DNA from: a virus
Lineage: Duplodnaviria; Caudoviricetes
DNA length: 64,000 bases
Direction: 5' to 3' (one strand)
IMG/VR virus record: IMGVR_UViG_3300029288_004108
Coordinates: 13,651-77,650 of that record
A model generated the notes under the pieces. The model did not search any database and was not told the DNA's origin. It saw only the letters and a list, made by a program, of their open reading frames with translations. How positions within the stretch are numbered: the first letter of the stretch is position 1; every line of letters starts with the position of its first letter. Shown here in pieces: positions 37,050 through 46,608 of this stretch. The position numbers were made by a program, and so were the translations under genes.

Positions 37050-38412
37050 CTTTCATCTTAGATAATTCCTCTTTCATTTCTGCATCCCGCATACTGTGGA
37101 CTAATTCAATCTCATCAGTAGTAAATCCAGCAAACTTTTCAAGGAAAACACTCGGAGGGACTATTTCTATTGCCATAGGATTGGAAGTATATTCTCTGAG
37201 AGCATTTGCTCGTGCCTTTCCTATTTCCACTCTCATCTTCTCACTCTGAGCAAACAGATCGGACCATTTAACACTATAATCATCCGATGGCTCCGGTAAT
37301 ACTCCATATTCGATCAACTTATCTACAAACGGCCGGACAATACAAGGTTCCGCATGTTCCTCCCTACGAGTCTGTACATATGATAACCACTCACTTCTAT
37401 CTTCCGACGATGCTAATTCCCCACGCTCACTACCGGTTAAAATTCTGATAGGAATGCCTGTTTCCGATGAGATAAGTTTTAACTGAATATCTATGTGAGA
37501 GGAGGGGTCTGATACCTGTTGTTGAAGAGCTTCTATGTCAATACCTTCATTAACCAATATCCTACGAAGGTTATGTTCAAACTCATCAATCTGGTTTTTC
37601 AAATCAACCTTAAACTCAGGTGTAGCCTGATATTCCGGATCAAGTTTCCCATGATAACCCGGACGAGCACCACGCCAAAACATTTCGGCATCACCACCAG
37701 CAATCTTCTCAACATCCATCAATCGGTTGAAAATAGCTTCCAGACGTGGAGTTCCATATACATCAGATTCCAGTGGACTATCTGTAACATGAATTACCCT
37801 GCTATAATGAACTTTTACTGCTCTACTTCCTTTTGTAGAAGGATCAATGGTTTGAATGTTATACAGTAAAGGCATTCCATATCGCTCATTACCAGGATTG
37901 TCTTCAAAAGAATCAATCTCAGCGGTACTTTCTCCAAGTGGACGAATGTACTTTAATTGTTTCTTTCCGGCAGATAATGGTTTTATCCAATCTTCATTCC
38001 GGGAAATATCATTGAAACCCAGCAGGAGTACACCATATCTTCCGATACCAGTAAGACGATCAAGGCGGGAAAGTTTTGATTTTAAACCAAGGTCCCGATT
38101 GAGTTCTCTCCAAGCTTTTTCAAACTCGGTTTCTTCTGGTTCATTGGACTCCTGTAATTCCAAAACCCCTTGCCATGTAGCTTTGACCGGACGATCAATA
38201 ACCGCTTTGGCAATTTCCTGACGCTTATAACGGGCAAAGAAATCAGTAAATACTAACTCAGCTTTATATCCCAAAGCTAACATTAAATCCCGATTCCCCC
38301 CGTAAGACTGAGTACCAAGTTGAGTAGCTAACATAGCCCTTCCTACAATTTCACTAAGGACTTGTATCTGCTTTGGGTCAACTGGTACTGGTGTACTCCT
38401 TACTCGTTTCAT
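36934..38412 (-). CDS. Portal protein (DUF1073 type)
   Basis: IAKAVIDRP, RLTGIGRYG, VHYSRVIH, GIPIRILTG...ELAS..D. Confidence 0.88.
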   Translation of the reverse strand: MKRVRSTPVPVDPKQIQVLSEIVGRAMLATQLGTQSYGGNRDLMLALGYKAELVFTDFFARYKRQEIAKAVIDRPVKATWQGVLELQESNEPEETEFEKAWRELNRDLGLKSKLSRLDRLTGIGRYGVLLLGFNDISRNEDWIKPLSAGKKQLKYIRPLGESTAEIDSFEDNPGNERYGMPLLYNIQTIDPSTKGSRAVKVHYSRVIHVTDSPLESDVYGTPRLEAIFNRLMDVEKIAGGDAEMFWRGARPGYHGKLDPEYQATPEFKVDLKNQIDEFEHNLRRILVNEGIDIEALQQQVSDPSSHIDIQLKLISSETGIPIRILTGSERGELASSEDRSEWLSYVQTRREEHAEPCIVRPFVDKLIEYGVLPEPSDDYSVKWSDLFAQSEKMRVEIGKARANALREYTSNPMAIEIVPPSVFLEKFAGFTTDEIELVHSMRDAEMKEELSKMKDAMDLLNPPAPAPEKPKEKSKAQRGEPKQRRRLPSASV

Positions 38413-38422
38413 TAATATATAT

Positions 38423-38884
38423 TTAAAATTTCCAACTTGCTCCAAGCAAGATTAGTGGTACTTTATTTGTAAAGTCATATCCACCACCGGCATTAACAAA
38501 ATCAATAAAGTTTACTGTGCCCGCAATACCAAAACCTACATTCGTAGGATCATTAAAATTTATAATGAATAATACGTTTGCTCCATAATCATTTACGAGC
38601 ACTCCATTTTGCTCAATATAATGCTGTACTCCTGCACCAAGACCAGCAGCAGTAAAAGCACTACCTCCCCATTTCTTTGCTTCTTTGTCATATACAAGAT
38701 TAACGGCATTGAGCTCAGCTGTAGGTTTTGCAAACCACTGTATCGACTTGTCTCCTTCTCCTTTAAATACAAGAGTAGCAGACGCCCCCCTTGTCTTTTT
38801 TAAGAACTGACTGAATATTCCATCCTGTGCCATAAGTACCACAGGAAAAAGTAGGATAATTAAAAGTGCCAACAATTTTTTCAT
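38423..38884 (-). CDS. Secreted putative outer-membrane beta-barrel protein
   Basis: Signal peptide ending MA-Q; alternating hydrophobic strands; C-terminal GASWKF. Confidence 0.55.
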   Translation of the reverse strand: MKKLLALLIILLFPVVLMAQDGIFSQFLKKTRGASATLVFKGEGDKSIQWFAKPTAELNAVNLVYDKEAKKWGGSAFTAAGLGAGVQHYIEQNGVLVNDYGANVLFIINFNDPTNVGFGIAGTVNFIDFVNAGGGYDFTNKVPLILLGASWKF

Positions 38885-38885
38885 C

Positions 38886-39218
38886 TTACTTTCCTCCTCT
38901 TACTGCTTTAATTTCTTTATCCGACATATACTTACCTTTGATGGAAGGAACCTGTTTCCTGATCAGTTTTCCTACCCAACTCCAGATTAAACCCAGAACA
39001 GAACCTTGTTTTATAATATTGGTCTGTCCAAAGAGAGTTTCCAAGAAAGCATACAAAATGAAGATCAGACTCCACATATTTGCTTTTAGAAATTCTACAA
39101 TAGTGTCAAAGCCAGTGACAATAACCACATTGGTTGAGTCAGGCTGTTCCTGTGCTATCACAGCTATCGCTGCAACAAACAACATCATCAAAAACATAAA
39201 GAACTTTTTCATTTTCAT
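38886..39218 (-). CDS. Membrane protein with signal peptide (holin-like)
   Basis: Signal peptide ending IA-Q, hydrophobic helices, basic C-terminus. Confidence 0.5.
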   Translation of the reverse strand: MKMKKFFMFLMMLFVAAIAVIAQEQPDSTNVVIVTGFDTIVEFLKANMWSLIFILYAFLETLFGQTNIIKQGSVLGLIWSWVGKLIRKQVPSIKGKYMSDKEIKAVRGGK

Positions 39219-40057
39219 TCTACAAATTTAATTACCCACATATCAAAAGACTTTTTACTATCTAAAATATATTTCCAAGGAATTAAGCACCCTCCATCAC
39301 TCCCCCAATTCCTCCCCCAACTATTAAGCTCAAACACGCCTGCTGATTCATAATCAGTTACGCATTTGCAATGTCCACCAATTTGATCTTCAAAACACTT
39401 CGGATAAGGAACTACTCCTGTCCGAGCAACTTCCTCGGACATAAAGGATTCATAAAGGAGCTGTCCATAAACAATAGCATATCCTTCATAAATTGCACTC
39501 ATTATAGCTTCTTTTGTCACCGGATATATCCTGTAATATTCCAAAGTCTGATGTTTCTCTCCTTCTGTATAAGCCTGATCTGAAGGTTTTACAGCAAACT
39601 TTGATGGAATGTATGGCCAGGTTTCTTCCTTACACAACCCATATTTATTCAATCCCTTTATCACATCCCTTATACTTGCTCCGCTATCTTCCCCCTTACA
39701 ATCATCTTCCCGGGCATTATAATAAGCATACAATCGGGAAGGATCATAAATAGGTTGATTATTTTTTATGAGAGCCCTGATGAATCCTGCGGCAGCTCCA
39801 TGACCAGTGCAGGAACCGATAGAGCCCTGATCCCAACGAAAAGGGAAATTCTTGAAATTCCTCCTTTCTGTAGATTCCGGGAGAAGTACCCGGGCTTTAT
39901 ATCTTGGGGTATATACCCTATCCCGTGGATCCACCTTATCTCGTTTTAAACCAAAATTCCGGACTGGAACTGGTTTACGTTTGAAAAGTCTTCTTATAAA
40001 TCTTATCATTGCTATAATATTAAATGTTTGAACATATGGTAATTTCTCTGGTCTCAT
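39215..40057 (-). CDS. Papain-like C1 family cysteine peptidase
   Basis: DQGSIGSCTG (Cys), GGHC (His), NSWG..WG.DG (Asn). Confidence 0.9.
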   Translation of the reverse strand: MRPEKLPYVQTFNIIAMIRFIRRLFKRKPVPVRNFGLKRDKVDPRDRVYTPRYKARVLLPESTERRNFKNFPFRWDQGSIGSCTGHGAAAGFIRALIKNNQPIYDPSRLYAYYNAREDDCKGEDSGASIRDVIKGLNKYGLCKEETWPYIPSKFAVKPSDQAYTEGEKHQTLEYYRIYPVTKEAIMSAIYEGYAIVYGQLLYESFMSEEVARTGVVPYPKCFEDQIGGHCKCVTDYESAGVFELNSWGRNWGSDGGCLIPWKYILDSKKSFDMWVIKFVE

Positions 40058-40488
40058 ACTATATTAATATATAACTCCTCTCCAGCTGTTTTATATGCTT
40101 TTAACATAGCAGTAAGTTTTTTCTCATAATACTCTCCATTGGATAATTCTCCTTTCTTAGTATTGTCCCCTACAAGCATACAACCTGCGGTATTCTTTAC
40201 TGTCCTCCCACGATGTACCCGAATTCCTATGAAGTGTTTTACATCAAGTATGATTGGTAAATCTCTCTTGAATTTAGGACTATATGTTACATCCACTTTA
40301 TATCTGCCATAAGGAATAGCAGTTTCCCCATAGATTTTCATTTCACCTGGATCTTCCAAATCACCATCTTTGTTAAAATCCCTAACAGGATCTTCCAAAG
40401 TATTGCAAAACGGTCGATCACCGATGGAGAGTATCCCCACAGTATGTGTTGGTTTACAAAATAATCGTTCAAGAAATAAATTTATCAT
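40054..40488 (-). CDS. DUF5675-like putative endolysin (L,D-transpeptidase-like)
   Basis: FCNTLED, TAIPYGRY, GIRVHRG..VKNTAGCMLVG. Confidence 0.8.
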   Translation of the reverse strand: MINLFLERLFCKPTHTVGILSIGDRPFCNTLEDPVRDFNKDGDLEDPGEMKIYGETAIPYGRYKVDVTYSPKFKRDLPIILDVKHFIGIRVHRGRTVKNTAGCMLVGDNTKKGELSNGEYYEKKLTAMLKAYKTAGEELYINIV

Positions 40489-40709
40489 TTCTTTTTTCCT
40501 TTAATTATGGGAAATATCAAATCTTTGAAAAGATAGTAAACAATCACAACCACACAAACTGTCATAAATACCATTCCAAATACCTGTGCAACGTTTGTTG
40601 CTGCAAAATCTTTGAATATCATAGCAAATTCCATATATATTTCAATGACAACCAAACCAATATAAACCCCAAAACAATACCTGATACGATCCGTAAGCCA
40701 ATATTCCAA
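40485..40709 (-). CDS. Small membrane protein (holin candidate)
   Basis: Hydrophobic segment(s) and a KGKKK tail, directly upstream of the endolysin; true start may be ATG 40634. Confidence 0.45.
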   Translation of the reverse strand: MEYWLTDRIRYCFGVYIGLVVIEIYMEFAMIFKDFAATNVAQVFGMVFMTVCVVVIVYYLFKDLIFPIIKGKKK

Positions 40710-41212
40710 AGACTATTTAATCGGATTGATCGAGAAAGTAACGGTGCAAGTTCCTCCATTTCCTGCCGGCATTTTGTAATAATATCCGGTTGAAGCATTT
40801 CCACCTTTGCTTCAAGTTCTGCAAGTTTCTTTTTCTTCTTTTCCAATCTTCCTTCCACTACTGTTATTCTACTGTCTTCACTTTCAACCTTGGTTTCCAT
40901 CTCATCCAAACGACTCTTTATTTCCGTTATATTATCTGATATGACTTTCTGTCCCAAAGCTAATTCCGCAAGTTTATCATTGATTGGAACCAATACTTCC
41001 GCAAGCTCTTTGGCAATAGATACAACAAGATCCTTTCGAAACTCTTCATCAAACGTTTGTTTGAAAGCTTCATTACTCAAATCCTGAAGACGAATTAAAT
41101 ATTGGAGATCATAAATATTTAAACTCATCTTCTCCCGACTTGAAGGAGTCATCGGGACACGGTTGATTTCATTCATCACATCAACCTCAGTAGATTTCTT
41201 TTTTGCAGTCAT
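40619..41212 (-). CDS. Coiled-coil protein with C-terminal transmembrane anchor
   Basis: Long heptad region, then RIVSGIVLGFILVWLSL. Confidence 0.6.
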   Translation of the reverse strand: MTAKKKSTEVDVMNEINRVPMTPSSREKMSLNIYDLQYLIRLQDLSNEAFKQTFDEEFRKDLVVSIAKELAEVLVPINDKLAELALGQKVISDNITEIKSRLDEMETKVESEDSRITVVEGRLEKKKKKLAELEAKVEMLQPDIITKCRQEMEELAPLLSRSIRLNSLWNIGLRIVSGIVLGFILVWLSLKYIWNLL

Positions 41213-41613
41213 TGTTTTTTACGGATTGTAATTTTTGTTTTTAATGTATCTTGCCAGCTTACCTTTTCAACCGTTAATCCATCCATATATTGGTAAAATT
41301 CTTCTTTTGTCAGAGAATTATCACGCATAAGATAACGACCATACGATTTTTGTGTATTATCTAAAGAACGTGTTAATGAAACAATATCAAGTTGTAAATC
41401 CTGAATTGATTGATTTACACGATAACTTTGTGATTGCACATTATCAAATGCCTTATATATACTATCCACCTTGAGTACCATTTGCTTTGAAAGAGTGATA
41501 GTATTATTGGTGGAATCTATAAACTTGAAAGCCCCGAAAAGAACAACAAGTGCTGCAAATGCCCCAGTTATACAACTGGCTATCTTTGAAATGTTAAGTA
41601 ATTTTTCTGTCAT
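41209..41613 (-). CDS. N-anchored coiled-coil membrane protein (i-spanin-like)
   Basis: N-terminal TM helix followed by coiled coil; ATG at 41613. Confidence 0.45.
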   Translation of the reverse strand: MTEKLLNISKIASCITGAFAALVVLFGAFKFIDSTNNTITLSKQMVLKVDSIYKAFDNVQSQSYRVNQSIQDLQLDIVSLTRSLDNTQKSYGRYLMRDNSLTKEEFYQYMDGLTVEKVSWQDTLKTKITIRKKQ

Positions 41614-42005
41614 ACGCTGATTCCTAATAAAAAACATATTCCCATTGGAAGAAACATAGTAAACTTGCAAAACCATCCAAATCCACCAAACCATACCATT
41701 ACTTTATCATACCACTTTTTATCACCATAGTAATTCCATGGTTTCTTTGCAAACAAGTTATATGTCAAATCAAATACTCCAAACCGTAAAAAGATATATC
41801 CACAAATCAATTGCCAATCTGGAACGTAATACCTGTCAAAATTCCTAGCTATCAATAAATACCATATTGCAAAAAGAAGAACAGCCAGTACAAACTGTAC
41901 CCATCCTTTGAAAATAAAATCTCTAAAGGAGGATTGTGTCAAGCTCAATCTCCCTTCAAAAATAGCTTCTGGTAAAATAAATAATGTTGCGTAAAGTAAT
42001 AGCAT
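41610..42005 (-). CDS. Multi-pass membrane protein
   Basis: 3-4 hydrophobic segments; FDLTYNL...YYG...DK. Confidence 0.6.
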   Translation of the reverse strand: MLLLYATLFILPEAIFEGRLSLTQSSFRDFIFKGWVQFVLAVLLFAIWYLLIARNFDRYYVPDWQLICGYIFLRFGVFDLTYNLFAKKPWNYYGDKKWYDKVMVWFGGFGWFCKFTMFLPMGICFLLGISV

Positions 42006-42009
42006 CTTA

Positions 42010-42297
42010 TTAAAGTGTAATATTCAAATAAACTATGTATGCCATGTAAATCAATATTGCTGTCGTTAGGCTTGCCCAGATTGTAGCATAAGCATCCTTA
42101 AATTCTGGTGTGCCCTTACCTAATAACTTATCCCAGATTAATTCTTTGCCTATCCCAGCTAATATACCTACTAAGGCAGAAAATAAAGTTACTTCAGGAT
42201 GAGCAATAGGTATCCAAATAATTATGATCAGTACCGCTGCAATAGCTGTAATAAGTGATCCTCTTCCAAGATGTTTTATTTTGTCTTTTGGTATCAT
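42010..42297 (-). CDS. Small VanZ/YfiM-like membrane protein (paralog 1)
   Basis: DKIKH...GIGKELIWDK...KDAYAT. Confidence 0.6.
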   Translation of the reverse strand: MIPKDKIKHLGRGSLITAIAAVLIIIIWIPIAHPEVTLFSALVGILAGIGKELIWDKLLGKGTPEFKDAYATIWASLTTAILIYMAYIVYLNITL

Positions 42298-42298
42298 T

Positions 42299-43216
42299 TT
42301 ATATTGGACTTGGAAAATTATATCTTATACGTTCATTTACAATTCCACAATGTTTCTTTAAATAATGAGAAGTAGCTTCAAGTTTTGAATGTCGAAGCTG
42401 ATCCATTAATTCCCGCATTGAAATTCCTGACATATGTAAATTAGAAGCTCCTGTATGTTTAAATGAATAAAATTTTATGCTTTTTGATAAATTAAACTGA
42501 TCACGAAATTTATTAAAACGCCAACGAAGCATATTAGTCGAACATGGGCGATTTCCTATTACTTTCTTATTTCCAAATACAAATAAAGATTTATCAGCTA
42601 TATCTATATGATATTCTTGACAAAGATCTATTAAATGTTGTGGCATTGTGACAATTTGTCGTGTTTTATTCTTTGCTAACTCCTGTCGAACAGTAATTGT
42701 TCCCTGAATGCAATCAATATCTCCTACCTTTAATAATCGTAATTCTTTCCCTGGACGAATGAAACAGTAATACTGAATCATGCATGCCAGATAAAGCTGC
42801 GGATCCTTTTCTTTGATCTCGAGCAAGAGAGGTTTAAGAATGTCCTGGGGAATAATGTCAGCTCCCTGATCCGGTTTCTTCTTTGGCATGACAACAAGAT
42901 CGAAAGGCAGGTATTCAACCTCTCCCCTTTTCAATGCATAGCGGAATAGCTGGCGAAGGTTCAGAAGAAAATGTTCGCATGATGGTTTATCAAGATTCCT
43001 TTCGCTTCCAAGATATAGGAAGAAGTCAGCCATGTTTTGCTGCGAGATCTTCCGCATAGGTATATCAGCCAGGCCCTTAATTTCAAGCCATTCCTTAAAC
43101 ACTCTGAAGTTATTTAGGTACGGCAAAAAGGATTTATGCTGGACTGCAACCTCTTTCTCGGCCAGGAATCCGGGTATCATATCTTTCACCGTTTTATGTC
43201 GTCTGAATAAACTCAT
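42299..43216 (-). CDS. Tyrosine recombinase (Bacteroidota type, no arm-binding domain)
   Basis: FIRPGKELR (Arg), AKNK (Lys), YSFKHTG, QLRHS...TSHY (His, Tyr). Confidence 0.88.
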   Translation of the reverse strand: MSLFRRHKTVKDMIPGFLAEKEVAVQHKSFLPYLNNFRVFKEWLEIKGLADIPMRKISQQNMADFFLYLGSERNLDKPSCEHFLLNLRQLFRYALKRGEVEYLPFDLVVMPKKKPDQGADIIPQDILKPLLLEIKEKDPQLYLACMIQYYCFIRPGKELRLLKVGDIDCIQGTITVRQELAKNKTRQIVTMPQHLIDLCQEYHIDIADKSLFVFGNKKVIGNRPCSTNMLRWRFNKFRDQFNLSKSIKFYSFKHTGASNLHMSGISMRELMDQLRHSKLEATSHYLKKHCGIVNERIRYNFPSPI

Positions 43217-43431
43217 TGATATATAACCATTACCCAGTAAGCTATGAAACCGCCTCCGAAGGTAAGAGCCAGGTCAGACCAGTCGAAGATCTCTCTGTCA
43301 TGGTATTTATCCCATAACTCCTTGCTTATACCAAAAAGAACAGCAATTGCTACTGACCATATCCCTGCGAACTGGAAGCAAGTTGTCAGGAAAAAGCCAG
43401 CCAAAAAATGAAGTATTAAATCTGTTCTCAT
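43213..43431 (-). CDS. Small VanZ/YfiM-like membrane protein (paralog 2)
   Basis: DLILHF...GISKELWDK...DWSDLALTFGG. Confidence 0.6.
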   Translation of the reverse strand: MRTDLILHFLAGFFLTTCFQFAGIWSVAIAVLFGISKELWDKYHDREIFDWSDLALTFGGGFIAYWVMVIYQ

Positions 43432-43462
43432 TTCGTTGTCGTAGTTATCCGTAAGTCACTAT

Positions 43463-45472
43463 CTATAAAGTTACTTCTGCATAAAATAATTCTCCTACTG
43501 TAACACCGCCTACTACTCCCCTATAACAGCTATACCACATCTTAACAATATTACCTAAAACTATGGGCGAAATGCTCTGGGGTTGGTCAATAGAATCATC
43601 CCCCGCTGAATCACCAAGGACTTTCCCCAATTTATACCATGTTATTAAATCTTCGGAATAAGCAAGCCCAATAGAATTATTTGCCCCATCATAAGCCCAG
43701 TACCACATATACCATAACCCATTTATAAGAACAGGTATTGATGGTCTAATATAATAGTCGTCAAATTCCCCCGATAGCCCAACAGAAATTAATGGGTTAT
43801 TGGCATGTTTTGTCCAGTTGATACCGTCAGGAGATGTGGCTAACCCTATTTTATATGTATTGGGGGATGTTGCCTTTGCACCGGCATAAAACATATAATA
43901 AGTTGATCCATTTTTAATTACACAAGGATGATGAACAAAATTATCGTCCCATGCTCCTGATGCACCACGTTCTAATACAGAACCGACTTTTGTCCAAGTA
44001 TTGCCATCAGTTGATGTCGCATATCCTATCTTGTCCCAAACATCTGATCCATTAATAGCATCAAACCACATCTTCCAATCACTAACACCGTCATAGATTA
44101 CCGAAGGATCAGCCTGCCCTTTTTCATCAAATGATCCCACTCCCCCTACTGCTAATAATGGGCTTGATTTTACAGAAAATGTCAAACCATCAGCAGATGT
44201 TCTTTTTTCAATAGTCCATATAGGTGTAGTAGCGTGTTGTGTTTCTTCAAAAAAATGATAAGTATTACCGACTAAGGTCATTGCCCTTGCGTTAATATTA
44301 TCTATACTTAATGCATCCCCATTCGCAACAGGATCATTTAGATCATCATCAAGTGAATTTTTATAACCATTGAATGCATCAGTAAGCATAATAACATTCG
44401 CCTCAGTCATGTATTTACCTATAAAAGAAAATGAAATTTGAGATGTAGAAAACAGAGTCGCTGTACCATTATCATTCTGTGCTAATTCATATATTTCGTG
44501 TGCAGATAACGCTCTCGATAATGCCGTCCCTGTGTATGAATCAAATGCAACTTTATTATGGTATGCTTTTAGGTCTGTTAGGTTTGCACCATTCCTTATA
44601 GCGATAAACATCCCAGAACCATCTGTTGTGGCTTTTGTTAAGTCTCCTGAACCGGGGAAGTGGTTTAGTCTCATATAACTTATATCCCCTGTGAATCGTG
44701 CAAGAATATTTATATAAGTATCATCCCCTGTAATTACATCTGCTGTACCGAACTGACAACTTGCAGTTAACGCAGACGTGTTTATATACACCCCAAATGA
44801 TGCATCGTTTTGAGCTAATCTAACAGCGTTTGTCGATGGCACATAATTACTTCGTAAATAAGAACTTGTCCCGTTGCCGGAAAATCCAGCAAAAGCCTGA
44901 AATGGGACGGCATTAACAAGAGTAGCGTGATAAGCATTCCCTATGATATTTTTCAATGAACTTTCTGATGTCTGCCCCATATAAATGCGCATATAATCAA
45001 ATTGTTCAGAGAGGCTTGTAATGCCGAATCCTTGTTTAATGGTGTATATAAATCTGCCTAATCTTGATAGTTGCTTAGAAGACAGCGATGTAGAAAGTCC
45101 TGTTATATATGTATTTAAGTCTGCATCTATCACAACATTATTTGTTACATTAGTTGTCCCCCCCGTCTTAACAAAAGTCATAACAACTACATCACCATAA
45201 ACAACTGCACTTGCCAAAACAACTGTCCAAACATTACCCGCCCATGATGCAGAAATGACCACCCTCGCCACACCATTTACAGTACAGGTTATATCAGTAG
45301 CTAAAAGCGAAGTCCTTGCAGCCGGGAAAGTCAAAACTACATGAGTAGGTGCAGCATTCTCAACCGTCGCTGAAATCAGTGAAGACCAGTACGTACTGCC
45401 CGAAATTCCTTCACTTTTAATAGATGACTTAACAATTGGTCGAATTATGTTTTTCACTACTGATTTAATCAT
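43463..45472 (-). CDS. Multidomain protein: Ig-like + lectin-like + five-bladed beta-propeller glycosidase-like domain
   Basis: C-terminal blades ADPSVI, IGYATSTDGNTWTK, HHPCVIK, IGLATSPDGINWTK, IGLAYSEDLITWYK. Confidence 0.7.
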   Translation of the reverse strand: MIKSVVKNIIRPIVKSSIKSEGISGSTYWSSLISATVENAAPTHVVLTFPAARTSLLATDITCTVNGVARVVISASWAGNVWTVVLASAVVYGDVVVMTFVKTGGTTNVTNNVVIDADLNTYITGLSTSLSSKQLSRLGRFIYTIKQGFGITSLSEQFDYMRIYMGQTSESSLKNIIGNAYHATLVNAVPFQAFAGFSGNGTSSYLRSNYVPSTNAVRLAQNDASFGVYINTSALTASCQFGTADVITGDDTYINILARFTGDISYMRLNHFPGSGDLTKATTDGSGMFIAIRNGANLTDLKAYHNKVAFDSYTGTALSRALSAHEIYELAQNDNGTATLFSTSQISFSFIGKYMTEANVIMLTDAFNGYKNSLDDDLNDPVANGDALSIDNINARAMTLVGNTYHFFEETQHATTPIWTIEKRTSADGLTFSVKSSPLLAVGGVGSFDEKGQADPSVIYDGVSDWKMWFDAINGSDVWDKIGYATSTDGNTWTKVGSVLERGASGAWDDNFVHHPCVIKNGSTYYMFYAGAKATSPNTYKIGLATSPDGINWTKHANNPLISVGLSGEFDDYYIRPSIPVLINGLWYMWYWAYDGANNSIGLAYSEDLITWYKLGKVLGDSAGDDSIDQPQSISPIVLGNIVKMWYSCYRGVVGGVTVGELFYAEVTL

Positions 45473-45484
45473 AGTCTGTAATTG

Positions 45485-45862
45485 TTACCAATCAAAACCA
45501 AACCGTACACTGCCACTTGTATATTCATCACTACGTACACCGGCACGCCATACTACACCCATGCCATTATCATCAATCTCTACCCGATTACCAATAGCAA
45601 ACGTTGATCCATCCAACGAATCAAAATCAGTCCAATCGGCATCACCTGGACATTTAAATTGTAAAGCTACCGTAATAGTAGATGCTGCCGAAGGTGCTTC
45701 AGATTGTTCAAGAGCAGCCTCTCTGATCGAAAAGAAAATTCTGCCTCCTAACTTCTGTATGTGTCGTGCATCAATCTCTTTGGTAAAATACCCAGTTGAT
45801 CCGGGCAAAGTATCAACTGTTGCATACTCATAATTATTACCTGAACTTTGTGAATTTGCCAT
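45485..45862 (-). CDS. Small beta-rich hypothetical protein, possibly virion-associated
   Basis: 125 aa, beta-sandwich-like pattern, between two fibre-like genes. Confidence 0.5.
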   Translation of the reverse strand: MANSQSSGNNYEYATVDTLPGSTGYFTKEIDARHIQKLGGRIFFSIREAALEQSEAPSAASTITVALQFKCPGDADWTDFDSLDGSTFAIGNRVEIDDNGMGVVWRAGVRSDEYTSGSVRFGFDW

Positions 45863-45881
45863 TTCTTTATCGTTTTATAGT

Positions 45882-46580
45882 TTATGAACTAAATGCCGGA
45901 GCATTGGTAGTATCTAACATTGATCCTAACTCCAAAGCCACCCACTGAGAACCATTCCATTGTAAAAGTGCAAATTCTCCAGTAGTATTAAACGTAAGTG
46001 TACTAACATCACTGCCAAATGTCCCTGTGACTTTTCCTTCACCACTGCCAACGGAGTCTCCACCGTCGGCTTTCATCAGTATCTTTTTTAACTGTCCTGT
46101 AACCGTTCCATCGGGGAGTATAAAAGTATCTCCGGCAGAATCAGTGGAAATAAGTGAAAGATATTTATCTACATCGAGAGTTGTTTCAGATTCTCCTGCC
46201 GATATCTCTTCCTGAGCTTCATAGAGTTTATTAAGAATAGCCCGGGTTTCTTCAACAGTCTTTTTGACAAACGCACCAGAACCACTGGCAACCACAAAAT
46301 CATTTGCCGCTGTGGCTAAAGCATGTGTGACATAAGCGGTTGTGGCTGTATATGCGGCTGAACCAAGACTCAATGTGGTTTTAACCTGAGCAAGAGTCTG
46401 TTTTGCAAATGCTCCGGAACCTGATGCTACGAGAAAATCATTAGCAGCCGTTGCAAGTGAATGTTTTACATACTGGGTTTCCGGATTGGAACCAAGATTT
46501 AACCGAGTACGGAGTTCCGTAAGACGTTCTCCTGCCCCAGCACCTTTCAGAGTGTATAATTCTTTTACTACTTTTTTCAT
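45882..46580 (-). CDS. Fibre/whisker-like protein with internal duplication
   Basis: Two copies of YVxHxLATAANDFxVASGSGAFxKxT; C-terminal LPDG..GQLKKI..WNGSQW. Confidence 0.6.
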   Translation of the reverse strand: MKKVVKELYTLKGAGAGERLTELRTRLNLGSNPETQYVKHSLATAANDFLVASGSGAFAKQTLAQVKTTLSLGSAAYTATTAYVTHALATAANDFVVASGSGAFVKKTVEETRAILNKLYEAQEEISAGESETTLDVDKYLSLISTDSAGDTFILPDGTVTGQLKKILMKADGGDSVGSGEGKVTGTFGSDVSTLTFNTTGEFALLQWNGSQWVALELGSMLDTTNAPAFSS

Positions 46581-46608
46581 TTCTTTTTATGTTATGCGTT
46601 GTGCAAAT

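Noticed and set aside
36934-38412. Anti-CBASS Acb1 annotation, sometimes attached to DUF1073 proteins
   Set aside because: Size, motifs and position before gpF identify it as the portal; no 2H-phosphoesterase HxT pairs are evident.
42299-43216. Proof of a temperate lifestyle
   Set aside because: No repressor/antirepressor switch or att-like gap is seen nearby, and the gene lies within the late operon; lifestyle is undetermined.
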